Source: an uncultured Acidobacteriaceae bacterium (GTDB lineage: Bacteria > Acidobacteriota > Terriglobia > Terriglobales > Acidobacteriaceae). Taken from it: a DNA stretch of 64,000 bases. This document shows, one piece after another, positions 60,993 to 64,000 of this stretch; the first letter of the stretch is position 1; each line of letters starts with the position of its first letter. A model generated the notes under the pieces. The model was not told where the DNA came from. It did not search any database and was given only the letters and a program-made list of their open reading frames with translations. Location: NCBI GenBank assembly GCA_963815485.1, contig CAWFGQ010000001.1, positions 762,387 to 826,386 on the forward strand, read 5' to 3'. The position numbers were made by a program, and so were the translations under genes.

Positions 60993-62089
60993 ATGGCGAA
61001 AATATACGGCAGCTCGCTCTTCCCTATTCTTCCTTCTCAATCGACCGGAATTGCCCGCCTGGCTGCGGAGGCCGAGCGTACCGGCGAAGGTCATTTGGTC
61101 GAGTTCAAGGCGCTTGAGGTGCGTAGCATTCTCAATAAATCAATGTCGAAGCGGCAGCTTTCGCTGGCCTACAGCATCAACCCTTATCGAGGGTGTGAGT
61201 TTGGCTGCAAGTACTGCTACGCGAGGTACACGCATGAGTTCATGGCACCAAATATTGTTGCGGACGAGGGAGAACCAGCGGATGGGCTGGTTTCGGCTGC
61301 CTTTAATTTTCGCGATCCGGCTTCGTTCGAGCGGCTGATCTTTCTGAAGCAGAATGCAGCCTGGTTGCTGGAGCAGGAGTTGAAGAAGATCGACCCGGCC
61401 AAGGAGATTGCTCTCGGAACTGCGACCGATCCCTATCAGCCGGTTGAACGGCAGGCGCGGATCACGAGAAGTTTGCTCGAGGTGTTTGCGCGGAAGCAGG
61501 GCTATCGTCTCGGCATTGTGACCAAGTCGCGGCTGATTGAACGGGATATCGATCTGCTCAAGGAGATCTCCCGACACAATACGCTGGTGGTGCATGTGAC
61601 GATCACGACGCCGAATATCAAGCTGGCGCGGTTGCTGGAGCCGCGCGCTCCGCGACCTGATCTCCGCTTTCAGGCGGTAAAGCGGCTGCGCGAGGCGGGA
61701 ATCATTGCGGGTGTCTTTGGTTCCCCGCTTCTGCCTGGAATCACCGATAACGAGAGAGCGCTGGACAGCCTGGCTCGACGCGCCGCAGCGGTGGATGCGA
61801 GCTTCTTTACGGCGCATCCGCTGTTCTCAAGCCGTGCTCACGTCCTACTTACCTGAGCTTCGTTCGTGAGCACTTCCCTTCTCTCGAGGCGGACTACGCC
61901 AAGCGTTTTGCGCATGCCGATTTTGCCAGCAGAACTTATAGCTCGAGCATGGCGGAGATGGTGGGAGCAGCGTGCAGGCGATATGGCCTGCGGCAACGGT
62001 GGAGTGGGGAAGGACAGCTGACGAAGTACGAGGGCAGGCGGACGCCTCAGAGTGTTGGAGCTCCGGCACAGCAGAGGCTCTTTGCCTAG
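60993..62089 (+). pseudogene. radical-SAM protein of the COG1533 / SplB-like ('DNA repair photolyase') family, interrupted by a 1-nt frameshift
   Basis: The CxxxCxxC cluster is in NPYRGCEFGCKYCYARYTHEF. Frame 1 stops at 61856 (...FFTAHPLFSSRAHVLLT*). From about 61826 the next frame reads LKPCSRPTYLSFVREHFPSLEADYAKRFAHADFASRTY... to TAG 62087-62089, which is the expected family C-terminus. Confidence 0.7.
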
Positions 62090-62418
62090 AGTTGGAGAGG
62101 TGTAAACGATGCGAACATATTGGACGCTTCGGGCAGCGAGGCCAGTGGGACGATGTCGCAGGCGGCGGCGTAGCGCTCCCATAGTTTCAGCACTACGGCG
62201 TTTTTGTGGGCGCGCTCGACACCGCCGGGCGCCCATTCGAAGACCTCCACAACGGTGCCGTCCTTGGCCTGGCATGCAGTGACTGGAAAGTCGGTTGCGA
62301 GTCCTTCGGCACGCAGCGACGGAACATGTTCGCGGGTGAGTTGCAGCAGATCGGCTTCCTTGCCGGGCTTTGGCTTGTAAGCGACGATCACCATCGTATC
62401 GCCAGGTCCAGCCTGCAT
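62086..62418 (-). CDS. small ABM/dimeric alpha-beta-barrel-like protein
   Basis: 110 aa from ATG 62418, with a GGGAGGAG RBS. The N-terminus is MQAGPGDTMVIVAYKPKPGKEADLLQLTREHVPSLRAEG... It lies downstream of, and on the same strand as, the LysR gene. The fold assignment is tentative. Confidence 0.45.
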   Translation of the reverse strand: MQAGPGDTMVIVAYKPKPGKEADLLQLTREHVPSLRAEGLATDFPVTACQAKDGTVVEVFEWAPGGVERAHKNAVVLKLWERYAAACDIVPLASLPEASNMFASFTPLQL

Positions 62419-62484
62419 GTTCTCCTCCCAGAAAACCAATTTGGAAACCGAGCTTTTGGGGCTCAGCTTCACCATACGCTTTTG

Positions 62485-63399
62485 CTAAAGTGCGATGTCG
62501 CGGGAGAGCCGGAAGATCGTCTGGCGAAGCCAGGTGTGCGCGGGATCGCTGCTTAGCCGAGGGTGCCAGACGGCTTGAAAGGCGAAGCCCGTAAGTTCTT
62601 TTGGCGCGTCGAGAACGCGCAGATCAGGATGTTTGCTCGCGATCTGTGCAATTCCCGAGGTTGCAGTCAGAATGAGATTGGTCCGCGGCAGGCACTCGAG
62701 TGCGGCTCCGAAGTACGGCATACGGATTGAGGATCGGCGTGTGAGCCCCAGCGCGGCGAGCCGTTTGTCGGGAATCGTCTGCACGCCGTCCAGTACCGGC
62801 ACGCTGATGTGATCTGCGGCGAGATAGCGTTTCAGAGTAAGCTGCGATGGCCACTTGTCCGCTCGCGCAACGATGCAGTACCACCGGACACGAAAAAGTG
62901 TCTGCGCCTTGAGATGGGCCGGAACAAGTACTTCGTCGTTGGAGAGGACGAGATCAAGGTGTCCATGATCGAGGCCTGCAAACGCATCGCTGCTCCACGG
63001 AACAAAGTGAAATTCGACCCTGGGAGCCGAGCGCAGCACGTGGCGGCAGAGCCGAGGACAGAGTGTCGAACAAGCGTTGTCGGGTCCAGTCAGCCGAAAT
63101 GTTACCTGTTCAGTGGCACCATCGAAGGCCGGACGACCGATCAGCCGGTCGAGCTCAGGCAGAAGGCGGTTCAATTCAGTTTGGAGACGAACTCCTTCCG
63201 GCGTGAGCTGATATCCGCGTGCGCCACGAACCAGCAGGTCGTCCTGAAAGAGAGCCTGGAGGCGCTGAAGCGTGCGGCTTGCAGCCGACTGGCTTAGAAG
63301 AAGACGTTTGGCGGCCGCGGTGATGTTGAGCTCCTCGGCAAAAACCGCGAAGGCAACGAGCAAGTTGAGATCAATTTGACGTAGTTGCTTCCAACGCAT
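62485..63399 (-). CDS. LysR-family transcriptional regulator
   Basis: N-terminal helix-turn-helix MRWKQLRQIDLNLLVAFAVFAEELNITAAAKRLLLSQSAASRTLQRLQ plus a periplasmic-binding-protein-like effector domain. The ORF track extends to 63444. Confidence 0.9.
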   Translation of the reverse strand: MRWKQLRQIDLNLLVAFAVFAEELNITAAAKRLLLSQSAASRTLQRLQALFQDDLLVRGARGYQLTPEGVRLQTELNRLLPELDRLIGRPAFDGATEQVTFRLTGPDNACSTLCPRLCRHVLRSAPRVEFHFVPWSSDAFAGLDHGHLDLVLSNDEVLVPAHLKAQTLFRVRWYCIVARADKWPSQLTLKRYLAADHISVPVLDGVQTIPDKRLAALGLTRRSSIRMPYFGAALECLPRTNLILTATSGIAQIASKHPDLRVLDAPKELTGFAFQAVWHPRLSSDPAHTWLRQTIFRLSRDIAL

Positions 63400-63406
63400 T
63401 GTTTGT

Positions 63407-63421
63407 ATGCATATTATGCAT
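63407..63421. promoter_or_regulatory. LysR-type T-N11-A palindrome in the divergent promoter region
   Basis: ATGCATA-T-TATGCAT is a perfect inverted repeat. It contains T-N11-A and lies between the LysR start (63399) and the SDR start (63488). It is followed by the direct repeat GCATGAT-TC-GCATGAT. Confidence 0.55.
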
Positions 63422-63487
63422 GATTCGCATGATCTGCTCCCCACATCCTATCTCTGCCGGGCGATTCGCTCGCGAAAGGAGCAAAAG

Positions 63488-64000
63488 ATGAAAGATCAGA
63501 AACTTGAAGGCAAGAAGGTCGTGGTGCTCGGGGGCACATCAGGGTTTGGGTTGGCGGTGGCGAAGGCAGCGGCAGAAGAAGGTGCAAGGGTAGTCGTCGT
63601 CTCGCGCAGCCAAGCCAATGTCGATAACGCTCTGCGGGAACTGCCCAAGGGGACGGAAGGGACAAGTCTCGATGTGACTGATGAGGCGGCTGTACAGAAG
63701 TTCTTCGCGGCCACCGGCGAACTGGATCACCTCGTCTACTGCGCCGGCGATTCTCTTCCAGCGACCGTCACAACAACCGAAGAAGCAAGGAAGTTCTTTG
63801 AGGTCCGTTTCTGGGGAATGTATATTGCGGCGCGGGCGGCGTTCCCGAAGATACCGAAGGGCGGTTCGATCACGCTGACGAACGGAATCCTTGCGCTGCG
63901 GCCGTGGAAGGGATGGAGCGCGGTGTCAGCCGTTGCCGGGGCCGTGGAGTCGCTGACTCGCGGGTTCGCTTTGGATATGGCGCCCGTTCGTGTGAACGCG
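63488..64000 (+). CDS. short-chain dehydrogenase/reductase (SDR), 5' part; continues beyond the window end
   Basis: Own translation: MKDQKLEGKKVVVLGGTSGFGLAVAKAAAEEGARVVVVSRS..., with the TGxxxGxG Rossmann motif. A GGAG RBS lies upstream. It is divergent from the LysR gene. Confidence 0.8.
   Translation, partial: MKDQKLEGKKVVVLGGTSGFGLAVAKAAAEEGARVVVVSRSQANVDNALRELPKGTEGTSLDVTDEAAVQKFFAATGELDHLVYCAGDSLPATVTTTEEARKFFEVRFWGMYIAARAAFPKIPKGGSITLTNGILALRPWKGWSAVSAVAGAVESLTRGFALDMAPVRVNA

Overview
This is a 64-kb chromosomal segment that I infer to be from an Acidobacteriota (Terriglobia/Acidobacteriaceae-type) genome. The inference rests on a CarboxypepD_reg-type TonB-dependent receptor, two TIGR03435-like proteins, a TIGR03436-like VWA protein, PEP-CTERM proteins, and spot counts of about 60% G+C. 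I call about 50 protein genes. Housekeeping genes include pckG, sucA, mutL, cmk, a csp, pyk and the rplA-rplJ-rplL-rpoB-rpoC block. The rest are envelope, regulatory and stress genes: an ECF sigma/anti-sigma pair, two GGDEF proteins, PadR, LysR, a BON protein and a YflT-like protein. I recognised no rRNA, tRNA, CRISPR array, transposase or integrase. Many long ORFs in the supplied track are antisense shadows of real genes in GC-rich DNA. The observations I consider most worth follow-up are: (1) A ~2.2-kb low-GC island abuts the 3' end of rpoC. It carries a promoter-to-terminator two-gene unit encoding a membrane-anchored CxxC thioredoxin-fold protein and a secreted 30-aa peptide with 8 cysteines, followed by a TIGR03435 paralog. 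(2) Two tandem PEP-CTERM paralogs have conserved 5' leaders. The downstream one has a sigma54-type -24/-12 promoter and two tandem copies of a perfect palindrome about 150-180 bp upstream, which looks like an enhancer. (3) An ECF sigma, anti-sigma and 271-aa mini-secretin module sits beside a TonB-dependent receptor. (4) A 750-aa protein has a ~370-aa R/K/G/F/P-rich disordered tail and is translationally coupled to cmk. (5) rpoB carries a ~60-aa double CxxC (zinc-ribbon-like) insertion. (6) A ~110-nt three-hairpin sRNA candidate lies between two intrinsic terminators. (7) A COG1533 radical-SAM gene is frameshifted, and rplA lacks an adjacent rplK. All functional calls come from reading the translations and DNA by eye; no database search was run.
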